Shown: one piece after another, positions 8,410 through 18,560 of the stretch | How the letters are laid out: the number at the start of each line of letters is the position of its first letter | How positions within the stretch are numbered: position 1 is the first letter of the stretch | From: an uncultured Myxococcales bacterium | Lineage (GTDB): Bacteria; Myxococcota_A; UBA9042; PWKZ01; CAYRCM01 | Direction of reading: 5' to 3' | DNA length: 64,000 nucleotides | Assembly (NCBI GenBank): GCA_964422715.1 | Contig: CAYRCM010000001.1 | Span: 65,331 to 129,330 of the forward strand | Notes under the pieces: generated by a model | What the model was told of the DNA's origin: nothing | Database searches by the model: none | Seen by the model: the letters and a program-made list of their open reading frames with translations, nothing else | Position numbers and translations under genes: made by a program

Positions 8410-9142
8410 AGACCTGCTCGTCGCCAAAGAGTTCGCGCACCGCCCGCCATGCGGCTTCGGCCGCCGCGCACTCGGCCGCCTCGACGGTAACGCACACCTT
8501 GAAGTCCGGCTCGTCGAGCATGGGGTAGGAGCCGACGGCAACGGCCGGGTGCCGCCCCGCCACGAGCGCCAGCTGCTCGGCGAAAAGCGCTTCGGGTACA
8601 CGCACGTAGACGCGCCCCTCGAAGCGCACGCGACCACGCAGCGACTGGAGCAGGGTGTCGAGACGCTCGCGGAAGAGGCGGGGGACGCCCGGCAGCATGT
8701 ACACGTTGCCGCACCGCACCATCCAGTCGCGCGGCGTGCTGCCCAACACCTCGGCGCCGCTCGGCAGGTGCGCCATGCGCAACAGGCCGGCCGGAAGCGG
8801 CTGACGCAACTGCTCGAGCACGCGAATAAGCCCGGCGTGCAACAGCAGAGGCACGCCAAACGCGCGGGCGACCCCCGCTGGCGTGCGGTCGTCGTGCGTG
8901 GGCCCGACGCCTCCCGACGTGACCACCAGGCTCGCGCGCCGTGAGCAATCGGCCACGGTGGCGGCGATGTCGGCTTCGTCGTCGGGGATGACGACGACGC
9001 GCCGCAACGGCACGCCGCGTTGGCGAAAAGCCTGGACCGCGTAGCGGAAATTCTCTTCGGCGAACTTGCCGGACAGCACTTCGTCGCCGATGACCACGAG
9101 CGCGACCGAGTCGACGGGTTCGGTCGGGGGGCCCGGCGTCAT
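8327..9142 (-). CDS. CinA-like molybdopterin-binding (MoCF_biosynth) domain protein
   Basis: Start MTPGPPTEPVDSVALVVIGDEVLSGKFAEENFRYAVQAFRQRGVPLRRVVVIPDDEADIAATVADCSRRASLVVTSGGVGPTHDDRT is the CinA N-terminal/MoaB-type fold. The longer track ORF (to 9664) is an out-of-context extension. Confidence 0.75.
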   Translation of the reverse strand: MTPGPPTEPVDSVALVVIGDEVLSGKFAEENFRYAVQAFRQRGVPLRRVVVIPDDEADIAATVADCSRRASLVVTSGGVGPTHDDRTPAGVARAFGVPLLLHAGLIRVLEQLRQPLPAGLLRMAHLPSGAEVLGSTPRDWMVRCGNVYMLPGVPRLFRERLDTLLQSLRGRVRFEGRVYVRVPEALFAEQLALVAGRHPAVAVGSYPMLDEPDFKVCVTVEAAECAAAEAAWRAVRELFGDEQVFRVDPPVASLQAVRAAGATPDCQAASR

Positions 9143-9552
9143 GGCGTGCTTCCCGCCTGGATGGGCTGGACGTCGAGGTAGACGCCCTGAATTTCCAGCG
9201 CCATGGCGTCGGGCGCAAAGGCCAGAAACCAGTCGCGCTCCTCGCGGCACACGGCGAACACCTGGTTGCCGGTCAGCTTGAGGAATTTCCAGCTCTGGTC
9301 GCGTGCCCAGACGGCCAGATCGTGAGCGCTCTCGAAACGCCGACGTTCGAACCGGCCGCAGTTTGGACAGAACTCGATGGCGTCGTCGAGGTGGGTGTAG
9401 TACGCGGCGCCGCAGCTGAAGCAGGTCATGTCGAGCAGGTCGCTGACCTTCAGGCCGGGCGGTAGGCGGTACTGCCCGCCCTCGTACTGGATGGCGAAGT
9501 GCTTGTTGCGGCAGATGCACACCATTTCGAGACCGCGCATGGGCATGGGCAT
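9139..9552 (-). CDS. Hypothetical zinc-ribbon protein (137 aa) with CxC...CxxC...CxxC
   Basis: MPMPMRGLEMVCICRNKHFAIQYEGG...CFSCGAAYY...CPNCGRFERRRF. The stop at 9139 abuts the cinA-like start at 9142. The Arg-rich part of track ORF 9139-9696 upstream of this start is probably not coding. Confidence 0.45.
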   Translation of the reverse strand: MPMPMRGLEMVCICRNKHFAIQYEGGQYRLPPGLKVSDLLDMTCFSCGAAYYTHLDDAIEFCPNCGRFERRRFESAHDLAVWARDQSWKFLKLTGNQVFAVCREERDWFLAFAPDAMALEIQGVYLDVQPIQAGSTP

Positions 9553-9611
9553 GGACGTCGTCCTCGGAGCGTGCCGCGCGAGGGGAGGGCGGCCGCCGGT
9601 TGGGTGCTGGG

Positions 9612-10274
9612 CTACGTGTCGTCGGCTTCGGCCGCGGCCCGGCGCTCGAGTTCGGCGCACACACTGTCGCCGCGGGCCACGCTTTTTCGCAGCCACTCGT
9701 CGCGCAGCAGCGCCCGTTCGTCGGCCCGCAGATCGCCCGCGGCGCCCAGGCGCCGGGTGCGTTCGGCCACGACCTGGAAGAGCGCGACCGCGACGGCTAC
9801 GGAGACGTTGAGGCTCTGCGAGAAGCCATACATCGGGATCCGGAAGCAGCCGTCGGCGTTGGCGCGCAGGTGGGCGCTAAGCCCCGTGTGCTCGGCGCCG
9901 AAGACAAGCGCCAGCGGCTGCGTGACGTCGAGGTCGGCCAGCGTCATCGGGCCGTCTGGGGTGGCCGCGAACACGCGGTAGCGACGTTCACGCAGCGCAG
10001 CCAGGCACTGCTCGGACGTGGGATGGCGGTACAACGTGAGCCACTTGTGGCTACCCTGCGTGACTTTGGTATTGGGCACGAAGGGCGCGGCGGCCTCGAC
10101 CACGTGAACGTCCTGCACGCCGACGGCGTCGGCCGAGCGCAGGCAAGCCGCACAGTTGTGCGGGTCGATCAGGTTTTCGAGCACGAGGATGAGACGCCGC
10201 GTTCGGTGTGCGAGCACCGATTCGATGCGGGCCAGTCGCTCGGGCAGGACCAGTTCTTCGATTTGCGCAGCCAC
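9612..10274 (-). CDS. trmH: SpoU/TrmH-family tRNA/rRNA 2'-O-methyltransferase
   Basis: C-terminal 220 aa of ORF 9612-10862: ...RLILVLENLIDPHNCAACLRSADAVGVQDVHVVE...LALVFGAEHTGLSAHLRANADGCFRIPMYGFSQSLNVSVAVAVALFQ, a SPOUT fold. GTG start at 10274 is preceded by GGGAGG at 8 nt; the upstream part of the track ORF is Arg/Gly filler. Confidence 0.8.
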   Translation of the reverse strand: MAAQIEELVLPERLARIESVLAHRTRRLILVLENLIDPHNCAACLRSADAVGVQDVHVVEAAAPFVPNTKVTQGSHKWLTLYRHPTSEQCLAALRERRYRVFAATPDGPMTLADLDVTQPLALVFGAEHTGLSAHLRANADGCFRIPMYGFSQSLNVSVAVAVALFQVVAERTRRLGAAGDLRADERALLRDEWLRKSVARGDSVCAELERRAAAEADDT

Positions 10275-10534
10275 GACAGTTTCCTCCCGAATGGTTGTTC
10301 TAGCGCAAAGCGCCGGCCCTGTCATCCGGCACGCCGCCCCCCCGGGACGCCGGAGAGGGCGCCCTCTCGGGGCCGCCTGGGGGCTCTTGCCGGCGCGCGC
10401 TGGGTCGGGCAGCGAGGCCTCCGAGGCGGAGGTCGGTTCCGTCGCTGCCGGCGTCGTGCGCGGGGGCCTCGCTTGCGAAGAGGGGCAGCCTCCTGCTATG
10501 AACGCGACCGGAGGTCTGGAAACGAGCACCGCGC

Positions 10535-11665
10535 ATGAGCCGTTCGCATCTCTTCCATCTCGACGGCGCCTTCCGGTGCCCCACGCGCAGCCGGCTGGCT
10601 GCGTGGGGGCTGGCGCTGGGGCTCGGCCTGCTGCCTTTGCCCGGGGCACGTGCCACCGGCTTGACCCCAGCGCGCGCCCGGCCTGCGGCCGACGAACGCC
10701 ATCATGTTGTCCAACCTGGTGAAACCGTAGGTGGAATCTCCAGGCGCTACGGCGTCTCGGTGCAGCAGTTGCGCAGTTGGAACCGCCGCGGCATCGGCCC
10801 CGGAGACCGCATCCGGGCAGGCACTCGCCTCCGCATTCGACGCGTGGGCCGGGCCGTCGCATCGGGGGCGGCCGACGTTGAGCGGCGGGGCCGGACCTGG
10901 CAGATCTATGAGGTGCAGCCGGGCGACACGCTTGTCTCGGCCGCCACGACGCTAGGTCTCACCGCCAACGAACTGCGGCTGGCCAACCGGCTTGGGCGAA
11001 ACGCCCGCTTGAAAGCGGGGCAGCGCTTGCAGCACCGCCGGCCGCTGCCGAGCGGCGGCGACGACAGCGCGTCGGTCGGGCGCCCCGGAAGCGGGCGACT
11101 CGAGGACGGCTACTTGCTTCCCGAGGGGCATCGACTGCTCGGCTACGTGCGACGCTTCCCGGAAAACGCCTGGGCCACCTGGGAGACGGTGCGCCACGTT
11201 CAGCAGTGCGCCGCCGAGATCAAGCGGCGCTACCCGCGCAGCGTGCCGCTCGTCGTCGGTGACATCAGCCGCCTCGGGGGGGGGCGCCTCAAACCGCACG
11301 TCACCCACCAGAGCGGTCGCGACGTCGACCTTGGCTACTACCTGAAACGAAACCGCTTTTCGCTGCAACTACGGGTCGTGGGGGCCCCGGAGGTCGACGC
11401 CGAGAAGACGTGGGCGCTCGTCCGCTGCCTCATCGACACCGGCGAGGTGCGGCGCATCCTCATCGACCACGGCATTCAGCGGGCGTTGCGCGAGCAGGCC
11501 GAGCATTCCGTCAGGGAAGCCCAACTCGACGAGTGGTTCCAGTATCCAGCCGACAAGCGCACGCGACGCGGTCTCATTCGCCACAGCCCCGGCCACGCTT
11601 CCCACCTGCACGTGCAGTTCGCGTGCCCGGCCGGCGACGCGCGCTGCGAGCTGGGCCGTCTCTGA
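10535..11665 (+). CDS. mepA: LysM-domain penicillin-insensitive murein endopeptidase (MepA-like, peptidase M74) with two LysM repeats
   Basis: Two LysM motifs (HVVQPGETVGGISRRYGVSVQQLRSWN; YEVQPGDTLVSAATTLGLTANELRLAN), then a MepA-like catalytic region (GDISRLGGGRLKPHVTHQSGRDVDLGYY...HLHVQF). Confidence 0.8.
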   Translation: MSRSHLFHLDGAFRCPTRSRLAAWGLALGLGLLPLPGARATGLTPARARPAADERHHVVQPGETVGGISRRYGVSVQQLRSWNRRGIGPGDRIRAGTRLRIRRVGRAVASGAADVERRGRTWQIYEVQPGDTLVSAATTLGLTANELRLANRLGRNARLKAGQRLQHRRPLPSGGDDSASVGRPGSGRLEDGYLLPEGHRLLGYVRRFPENAWATWETVRHVQQCAAEIKRRYPRSVPLVVGDISRLGGGRLKPHVTHQSGRDVDLGYYLKRNRFSLQLRVVGAPEVDAEKTWALVRCLIDTGEVRRILIDHGIQRALREQAEHSVREAQLDEWFQYPADKRTRRGLIRHSPGHASHLHVQFACPAGDARCELGRL

Positions 11666-12016
11666 CCAGGTCCCCCTCAAGTGCGTCCGCATCAGCATGC
11701 CCCGCGTTCCGGTCTCGCGTCGCAGCTGGGCGCGCTGCGCCCGCGCGCTTGGGGGTGCAGCCCGACCCTCGCCGCGGAATCCGGCGAGCCGCGACCCCCG
11801 CCCGCGGATGCCGTGCCACCCGGCGACTTCCCCGCCGAGCGTTCAGCCCTGCGGCGGCGCGGCTGCCCCGGGGCGTTCGGCCCGCGCGTTGTTGGCCCCC
11901 GCGGGCCGTGCTATTTTCGGCTCCGTTCGGCGGTTTGCGGGCCCAGCGTGCAGGCGGGCGCGGGGGCCTCCTTGCGGGCGGGCCCCGCACGCCGCGAGTT
12001 TGGGCTGGGGCGGGGC

Positions 12017-13531
12017 ATGACGAGGGTCGCAAGGTGGCTTAGCGTGGCGTTCTGCCTGTGGTCCGCGGCGGTGGCCCGGGCCGGCCCGTCCGGGCCAGGC
12101 GAGCGCTGTTGGGCGCGCCTGCGGCTCGGCGGCGAATACCGGCTGGTCGTTACGGGGCTCTCGGATTTCCCCTTGGATTCCGGTGGTTACTTGCACGGTC
12201 AGCGCGTCTACGGCGAACAACGGCTGCGGCTGGGTTCTTGGTTGTTCCTGGGCGAGCGCGTCGCGCTGGTTGCCGAAGCCGACGTGTTCGCGGGGCTCGT
12301 GTTTGGCGACGTCACGCCCGTTGGCCGCGGCGTGCTTTCCTGGCCGCTCGATGAGCGCGACGCGTTTCAACGCGCGGTGCTCCGGCAGGCCTACGTCGAG
12401 TGGCGCAGCCCGGCCGGCACGTTGACGGTGGGGCAGACCGGCGCTCACTGGGGCCTGGGCCTGCTGCAGAACGACGGACGCGGCGACGTCGCGGGGTCCC
12501 TCTTTGGCGATGGGTGGCGGGGCGACCTTGTCGACCGCGTCCGCTTCGTCATGCAGCCAGGCACCTGGGGCTCGCACGGGCCGTTGGCGCGCCGTTTCTC
12601 GTTGGGCCTCGGGCTCGATTGGGTCTTTCGCGACGAACGGGCCGACGCGCTGGCCGGCGACAAGGCCCTGCAGACGCTCACGACGCTCCTCTACCGGGCC
12701 GAGAGCCTCCAGGCGGGCCTACTTTTCGCCTACCGTCACCAGTGGTACGCCGATGGGGGACGCCTCGCGCTCTACAGCGTCGACGGACTCTTCTCCCTGC
12801 GCCACGACTTTCGGGCCGCCGGCCTGACGCTCGACGTGGCCTTCGAGGGTGCCGCGGTCGTGGGCACCACGAGTCGGGCCGGGGGCGAGCCTGCCGCCGA
12901 GGAACTGGGGCTGCTGGGGTTCGGCGCGGCGCTCCGGACGACGCTCGGTTGGGCCGATGCGGGTCTGTGGCCCAGCCTCGAAATCGGCTTCGCTTCCGGC
13001 GACAGCGACCCCGACGACGGCCGCGACACGGCCTTCCGCTTCCATCCCGACTACAACGTCGGGCTGCTGCTGTTCGAGCAAGTGCTCGCGCGTCAGTCGG
13101 CGCGCGCCGCCGACCGCAGCGCGGAGGCCGATGCAGCCGGTTTCCGCCCGGCGCCCGAGGCCGTCGCCTCCGAGGGCAGCGTGTACGACGCCTTCTACGT
13201 GCAGCCGGCCGTTCGCTGGCGACCGCTCGCCGGACTCGACCTGCGGTTGGCCTTTCTCTACGCCCTCGCCCCCGCGGGTGGGCTCGACCCCGTGGCCGCC
13301 GCTCTGGGGGCCGGCAGGCACAACTTCGCCGGCGGGCCGAGCGGTGCCGCCACCCTGGGCTACGAGGTCGACGCCGGCGCCAGCTACGCGTTTGCCGTGG
13401 CCGGGCTCACGACGTTGCGCACGGGCCTCGAAGCCGGTGTTCTCTTGCCGGGAGCCGCGCTGCAAGGCGCCGGCGCAGGGCGCCTCGACCCCGCATGGAC
13501 CGTTCGCGGTTCGTTTGCCTTTGCCTTCTAG
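12017..13531 (+). CDS. Putative outer-membrane beta-barrel protein (504 aa) with signal peptide and C-terminal aromatic residue
   Basis: MTRVARWLSVAFCLWSAAVARA signal, then alternating amphipathic strands, ending ...VRGSFAFAF. The first 112 codons of track ORF 11681-13531 are Arg/Pro-rich and treated as non-coding. Confidence 0.6.
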   Translation: MTRVARWLSVAFCLWSAAVARAGPSGPGERCWARLRLGGEYRLVVTGLSDFPLDSGGYLHGQRVYGEQRLRLGSWLFLGERVALVAEADVFAGLVFGDVTPVGRGVLSWPLDERDAFQRAVLRQAYVEWRSPAGTLTVGQTGAHWGLGLLQNDGRGDVAGSLFGDGWRGDLVDRVRFVMQPGTWGSHGPLARRFSLGLGLDWVFRDERADALAGDKALQTLTTLLYRAESLQAGLLFAYRHQWYADGGRLALYSVDGLFSLRHDFRAAGLTLDVAFEGAAVVGTTSRAGGEPAAEELGLLGFGAALRTTLGWADAGLWPSLEIGFASGDSDPDDGRDTAFRFHPDYNVGLLLFEQVLARQSARAADRSAEADAAGFRPAPEAVASEGSVYDAFYVQPAVRWRPLAGLDLRLAFLYALAPAGGLDPVAAALGAGRHNFAGGPSGAATLGYEVDAGASYAFAVAGLTTLRTGLEAGVLLPGAALQGAGAGRLDPAWTVRGSFAFAF

Positions 13532-13611
13532 GCCGGCGGGTGGCCGGTTTTTGCACGGGACGGGTCGCCGGCTACACTGAGCGCAAGCGTTCCCGCGGGT
13601 AGGGACGCGGC

Positions 13612-15201
13612 GTGGAGGACGCGATGGGTCGTGGGCGCAGCGGGATGCTCCGCTCGGGCTGTTGGGGCGTGTTGTGGCTTACGCTAGCCGGCTGCGGCGG
13701 GGGCGGGTCGGCCGGGCCCGACACGTCCTGTCCGCCCGGCTACGTCTGGCTAGCGGGACGCTGTCTGCCGGCGGTGCAGCCCGAGGTCAGCGACGACGGT
13801 ACGGGCAGCGACGGTTCCGGCGCGCCGGACCTGCCCGACGCGGGCGCCGTGCCCGACGGCGCGCCGGCCGATCTGGCTGACGCCGACGACACGGGGACGC
13901 GGCCCGACCCCGGGTCGCCGCCCGACGCGGATGTCGCCGACGCGGGTCACGGCCCCGACAACGGCCAGCCCACGGGCGTCGTGGGCGATCCTTGCCGCCT
14001 CGACCGCGAGTGCCAGGCGGGGCTCAGCTGTCTTGGCTGGAACCGCGGATACTGCACCCTGCTCGATTGCGACCCCGACGCTCAGCCGTGTCCGGCGGGC
14101 TCGGTCTGTCTGCCGCTCGTGTCCAATGCCAACGCCTGTTTCCGCTCGTGCGAAGACGACCCCCAGGTGTGCCGCGGGAGCGACGGCTACGCGTGCAAAT
14201 GGTTCGACGGCGCCGGGGGCGCCGGGCCGGTTGCCATCTGTCACGGGACCGACGATGACGCGCTCCCCGCGGGCTCGCCCTGTGTCGAGCACAGCCAGTG
14301 TGCCGGCCCGATGGCCTGTCTCTCTTCCATCCCGGGGGGCTACTGCGCCGAGCTGCACTGCTCCATCGAGCGGCCCTGCGCCGACAACGCCGCATGCGTG
14401 CTCTTCGACGGTCGGGCGACGTGTCTTGCGCGCTGCGCCGCCGACGCCGAATGCAACCCGGCCGGCGGCGATGCGCTCGCCTGTCAGCCGCAACGCGGCC
14501 TCGACGGGGCCACGGTGTCGGTGTGTCTGACGCGCCGGCTGCAACTCGGCATCGGCGAGGCGTGCCTCAGCGACTACGACTGCCAGTCCGGACAATGCGA
14601 GGTGTACGGCACCGGGCGCTGCTCGACCACCCAGCAGCCCTGCTTCACGCGCGAAGACTGCGACGCCGAAGCCTGCGAGCCCGCGAGCACGATTGGCGCG
14701 TGCACGGCGCCGTGCTCGTCGGGAGTGGCCTGCACGCTCGGCGGCAAGTGCGTCTCCAACGACGGGGTGAGCGGTCATTGCATGCCGAACTGCGCCTGGG
14801 ACGCCGTGCATCTCTCGCACGATTGCCGCAGCGACACGGCCTGGGACTGCGTCTACGGTGTGCCGCTCGCCGGCACGGGGGCCGGCAGCTACGCCTGCCA
14901 CTTACTCGCCCAGGGCGATGCGGGCGCGACTTGCCAGGCCGACAGCGAATGCGCAACCGGCCTGACGTGCCAGCTGCCCGGCACGCGCGACCCCGAGGGA
15001 CGGCTCTATCCCGGCTACTGCACCCGCACGTGCAGCCTCAGCGCAGCCTGCCCGTTCGGCAGCTACTGCCTGCAGTACGAGGGCGCGGGCATGCCGCGCT
15101 GCGTCAAGGTGTGCCTGAGCGAACGCGATTGCGGCGCCGGCTTCATTTGCGACCGCCGGACCTGGAGTTCCGGACTCTCGGTGTGTCTGCCCGCTGAGTG
15201 A
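13612..15201 (+). CDS. Cysteine-rich secreted lipoprotein (529 aa; ~60 Cys in repeated Cx..C..G.C modules)
   Basis: Lipoprotein signal ...VLWLTLAGCGGG. An Asp/Pro-rich linker is followed by repeated modules such as DPCRLDRECQAGLSCLGWNRGYCTLLDCD. The true start is one of the in-frame ATGs at 13612, 13624 or 13645. Confidence 0.7.
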   Translation: MEDAMGRGRSGMLRSGCWGVLWLTLAGCGGGGSAGPDTSCPPGYVWLAGRCLPAVQPEVSDDGTGSDGSGAPDLPDAGAVPDGAPADLADADDTGTRPDPGSPPDADVADAGHGPDNGQPTGVVGDPCRLDRECQAGLSCLGWNRGYCTLLDCDPDAQPCPAGSVCLPLVSNANACFRSCEDDPQVCRGSDGYACKWFDGAGGAGPVAICHGTDDDALPAGSPCVEHSQCAGPMACLSSIPGGYCAELHCSIERPCADNAACVLFDGRATCLARCAADAECNPAGGDALACQPQRGLDGATVSVCLTRRLQLGIGEACLSDYDCQSGQCEVYGTGRCSTTQQPCFTREDCDAEACEPASTIGACTAPCSSGVACTLGGKCVSNDGVSGHCMPNCAWDAVHLSHDCRSDTAWDCVYGVPLAGTGAGSYACHLLAQGDAGATCQADSECATGLTCQLPGTRDPEGRLYPGYCTRTCSLSAACPFGSYCLQYEGAGMPRCVKVCLSERDCGAGFICDRRTWSSGLSVCLPAE

Positions 15202-15239
15202 GCAGGGCGCGGCCGAGCGCGGTGGGGGACGGCGAGGGG

Positions 15240-17048
15240 CTAAGCCGGGGGCGTGGCGCAGTACCCGATGCAGGTCGGGCTGCCGAATACGATGACGCAG
15301 GTGCCGATGTAGAGCCCGCCCTGGCACTCGGACTCATCGCAGTACTTGATGGGCCCGGCGTTGCAGCTGCCGCCGCCACAGGTGTCGCCGAGCAGGCAGG
15401 GATCGCCGTCGTCGCAGGGCGTGCCGTTGAACGGGGCGGGGTCGTAGACGCAACCCGATGCCGGCACACACGAATCGGCGGTGCAGCCGTTGTTGTCGTT
15501 GCAGGTGCGCGAAGGCCCCGACATGCAGACGCCGTTCGAGCACCGGTCGCCGTCGGTGCAGAAATTGCCGTCTTCGCACGGTGCCGTGTTGTTGACCGAG
15601 TAGCAGCCCGTGCCCGGGTCGCAGAGATCGGTGGTGCAGGCGTTGAGGTCGTCGCAATTTTGGGGGCTGCCCCCGGCGCACAGACCAGCCTGGCAGATGT
15701 CGTACTGGGTGCAGACGTTGCCGTCGTCGCAGGGCACGCCGTCCAGATGGGGATGCTCGCAGCCGCCCGCGGGATCGCAGATGTCGCCCGTACACGGATT
15801 GCCGTCTTCGCAGAGGCCGTCGTCGATTTCGAGGTTGCAGTCGTTGTCGATGTTGTCGCACTGCTCGAGGAAATACGGCGAACGCTGCGGGTCGAGCGGG
15901 GCGCAGTCTTCGGCGTCGGGGGCACCGTCGTCATCGTCGTCGGCGTCGCAGGCGTCGCCCTCGTTGTCACCGTCGAAATCGGCCTGGTCGGCGTTGGCCA
16001 CGATGGGGCAGTTGTCGTTGTCGTCGATGATGTCGTCGTTGTCGTCGTCGGTGTCGAGGCAGTCGGCCCAGGGGTCGCCGTCGGTATTGGCGAAACCCTC
16101 GTCGGTGCTGTCGTCGCAGTCGTTGTCGACCCCGTCGCAGGCTTCCCCGGCCGGCTGCGGGCCCTCGCAGCGCATCTGGCCATCGACGCAGGTGCCGGTG
16201 CCCTGGCAGGTGCCGAACTGGTTCGTGATCGGGCAATCGGTCGAGTCGAGGTTGTCGGTCAACCCGTCGCAATCGTTGTCGCGGCCGTCGCAGACGTCTT
16301 CGGCCGGTGTGACCGCGCTGCAATCGGTGAGGACGCCTTCCTGGCCGCACCGGCGCACGCCGGCGCAGGAGCCGAAGTCGTTTTCGGTGAAACAGGCGGT
16401 CTGGAGTTCGAGGGTGGTGGCGCGCCGCGAGCACGTGCACACCGCGCCGCCCTCGGGCACGCACTGCCGGACCTCGCCCTCGATGGTTTCGCAGGCGTAG
16501 CCGGGCGGACACACGCCGCCCGCGCTGCAGTCGCCACCACAGAACTTGCCGTCGGGTCCGCGGTCGATGCAGCGGTCGGCGAGCGATTCGAACTCGCCCG
16601 CGCAGTCGGCGTTGGTGGCGCAGGGATCGCAGAGATGCACGAACATGGGCACGCAGATGTAGATCATGTCGGGCTTCGTGCTCGTGAGCCCGCGACATTC
16701 CCAGCCCTGCAGGCATTCCTCGACGCAGGTGACGGTGCACACCTGGCCGTCGGCCGTTTGGATGCACCACCCGCTCGTGCAGTCGGCGTTGGTGCGGCAA
16801 GGCCAGCCGATGCCACCCTCGACGATCTCCATGTCGGCGCGGACGAAGCCATCGTCGCCGCCGCTGTCGGGCTGCGTCGGCAACTCGGGCTGCCCGGCGA
16901 AGTCCGCGTCGGCGCCGGGCAACGTGTCGCCGTTCGTTGCGTCCGGGTTGCCCCCGGGCGACGACGTGGTGCCGCCGCCGCATGCGCTGGCGCACGCCAA
17001 AACGAGCCCCATGAGGCCCACCACCACGACAGAGAAAGCGGCCTTCAT
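15240..17048 (-). CDS. Cysteine-rich secreted lipoprotein with MopE-like CDGxDNDCDxxxDE metal-binding motifs and thrombospondin type-3-like Asp-rich calcium-binding repeats
   Basis: Start MKAAFSVVVVGLMGLVLACASAC (lipobox). Motifs CDGRDNDCDGLTDNLD, CDGVDNDCDDSTDEGF and DTDDDNDDIIDDNDNCPIVANADQADFDGDNEGDACDADDDDDG. The C-terminal half has tandem ~36 aa units with the pattern CxDGNxCTxDxCxxGxC. Confidence 0.75.
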   Translation of the reverse strand: MKAAFSVVVVGLMGLVLACASACGGGTTSSPGGNPDATNGDTLPGADADFAGQPELPTQPDSGGDDGFVRADMEIVEGGIGWPCRTNADCTSGWCIQTADGQVCTVTCVEECLQGWECRGLTSTKPDMIYICVPMFVHLCDPCATNADCAGEFESLADRCIDRGPDGKFCGGDCSAGGVCPPGYACETIEGEVRQCVPEGGAVCTCSRRATTLELQTACFTENDFGSCAGVRRCGQEGVLTDCSAVTPAEDVCDGRDNDCDGLTDNLDSTDCPITNQFGTCQGTGTCVDGQMRCEGPQPAGEACDGVDNDCDDSTDEGFANTDGDPWADCLDTDDDNDDIIDDNDNCPIVANADQADFDGDNEGDACDADDDDDGAPDAEDCAPLDPQRSPYFLEQCDNIDNDCNLEIDDGLCEDGNPCTGDICDPAGGCEHPHLDGVPCDDGNVCTQYDICQAGLCAGGSPQNCDDLNACTTDLCDPGTGCYSVNNTAPCEDGNFCTDGDRCSNGVCMSGPSRTCNDNNGCTADSCVPASGCVYDPAPFNGTPCDDGDPCLLGDTCGGGSCNAGPIKYCDESECQGGLYIGTCVIVFGSPTCIGYCATPPA

Positions 17049-17197
17049 TCTTTGTCCTCCGAGCCACGTGGAAAAGAGACCGGCGGCAGTGTACCACACG
17101 GCGCCGAAGCCGTGCCAATCGGGGGCCGCGCCGGAAAACCGGCGAGTGGCTCAGCCCAGTCGGTCCCGTTTGCCCTTTGGGGCCGGCCGGTGGCCCA

Positions 17198-18541
17198 CTA
17201 CGGGGCAACCTGCTCGGCCAGAATCTGTTCGCAGAAGGCCTGCAGCCGGTTGTAGGCGGGACCGTCGGCGAAATGGGCCTCGTCGGCCATGTCCCCTTCA
17301 AGGACCAGGCCCGGCTTGCCGGTGGCCGCGCTGACGCGCCGACGCATGTCGTACTGCCCGAAGGAGTAGGGCTTGCACGAGCGGTTGGAGTGCATCACGA
17401 AGCCGTCGGCCTGGTATTCATGGAGCAAGCGTTCGAGCGAAGCCGTTTTCGGTTCGAGGCCACGGTTCAGGAACACGCGCGTGTAGACGCGCGCCATGCC
17501 TTCGAAGCCCGCGTCGGCCCGCAAGTCGTTGTCGGCCCACGCCGTGGTGTAGGTGTCGGCCACCAGACAGGCCTTCTGGGAGGCCAGGAAGCGTGACAGG
17601 CGGCCGAGTTCGTACCAGATGGGGAGGTTGTCCCAGACGAGCCGAACGCGTTCGCCCGGAACGGCCGCGATGCCGCGCTCGACCCGGTGGCGCAATTCGG
17701 CGAGCAGCGCGCGGTAGTAGTCGTTGACGATGTGCGAGCCTCGCAGCGTAACGATGGGCGCCATGTGCACGAAGGCATCGAAACAGTTCATGGGCGCCGG
17801 CCGGGCACGGCTCGCCTCGAGCACCTGGCGCCACAGCGTGACGTTCTGGCGCGCGAGTTCGAGGGTGCTCTCGAATCGCCGCATGCGCAGCGGCCGGCCG
17901 ACGAGTGCTTCGAACTGCTCGGCGGCGTGTTCGAGCTGTCCTTTGACGTACGAGACCGCATGGTCGGGCGGCTCGCCGGCGACGACGAATGGCGTGTCGA
18001 TGAGGATGAGCGGCACGCGGAAATGCCAGGCCAGCGCCTCGTACCACTTCACGACCGTGTCGCAGATGTTGTTGCAGCAGAACAGCACGTCGGGCCGGGC
18101 GTAGCCGCCGACCGGGCTCTTGCCGCCGAACGCGAACCCCAGGTCGGCCCGCGCGTAGGAACACAGATCGCGTGAAAATCCGCGCTGTTCAGCATGGCCA
18201 GAAAGGGAGCCGGCCACCTTGCGGGCGCCGCAAATGGCGCCGTGGTTTTCGGGGTAGATCGCCATGATGTCGAAGGCGCGCAGCAGTTCGACGGGCGCCC
18301 CGCTCGTGACCCAGGCCACTTTCATGCCGAGCCGCGGAGCGACCTTGGCGAGCAGGTAATGATTGCGCAGCAGGTGCAGCAGGCGGCCCGTGGAGCGGAG
18401 CCGCGGGCCGCGCGGATCGGGTTCGGCGGCAGCGTCGGCGCGCCGCGCCGGCGACCGGGGACCCGCGGACGGTGCACCCTGCGGGGCGGGCCCGCGTCGT
18501 CCGAGGAGGCGCTGGGTCAAGCGACTGAGGCGCGCGCGCAT
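17198..18541 (-). CDS. 2-hydroxyacyl-CoA dehydratase / benzoyl-CoA reductase B-C family (HgdB-like) protein
   Basis: Real start MRARLSRLTQ (the track ORF begins 84 codons earlier in Pro/Arg filler). The body shows family hallmarks: ...VAWVTSGAPVELLRAFDIMAIYPENHGA...LFCCNNICDTVVKWYEALAWHFRVPLILIDTPF...HSNRSCKPYSFGQYDMRR. Confidence 0.75.
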   Translation of the reverse strand: MRARLSRLTQRLLGRRGPAPQGAPSAGPRSPARRADAAAEPDPRGPRLRSTGRLLHLLRNHYLLAKVAPRLGMKVAWVTSGAPVELLRAFDIMAIYPENHGAICGARKVAGSLSGHAEQRGFSRDLCSYARADLGFAFGGKSPVGGYARPDVLFCCNNICDTVVKWYEALAWHFRVPLILIDTPFVVAGEPPDHAVSYVKGQLEHAAEQFEALVGRPLRMRRFESTLELARQNVTLWRQVLEASRARPAPMNCFDAFVHMAPIVTLRGSHIVNDYYRALLAELRHRVERGIAAVPGERVRLVWDNLPIWYELGRLSRFLASQKACLVADTYTTAWADNDLRADAGFEGMARVYTRVFLNRGLEPKTASLERLLHEYQADGFVMHSNRSCKPYSFGQYDMRRRVSAATGKPGLVLEGDMADEAHFADGPAYNRLQAFCEQILAEQVAP

Positions 18542-18560
18542 GGGGTTCCTTTCGAGTGAC

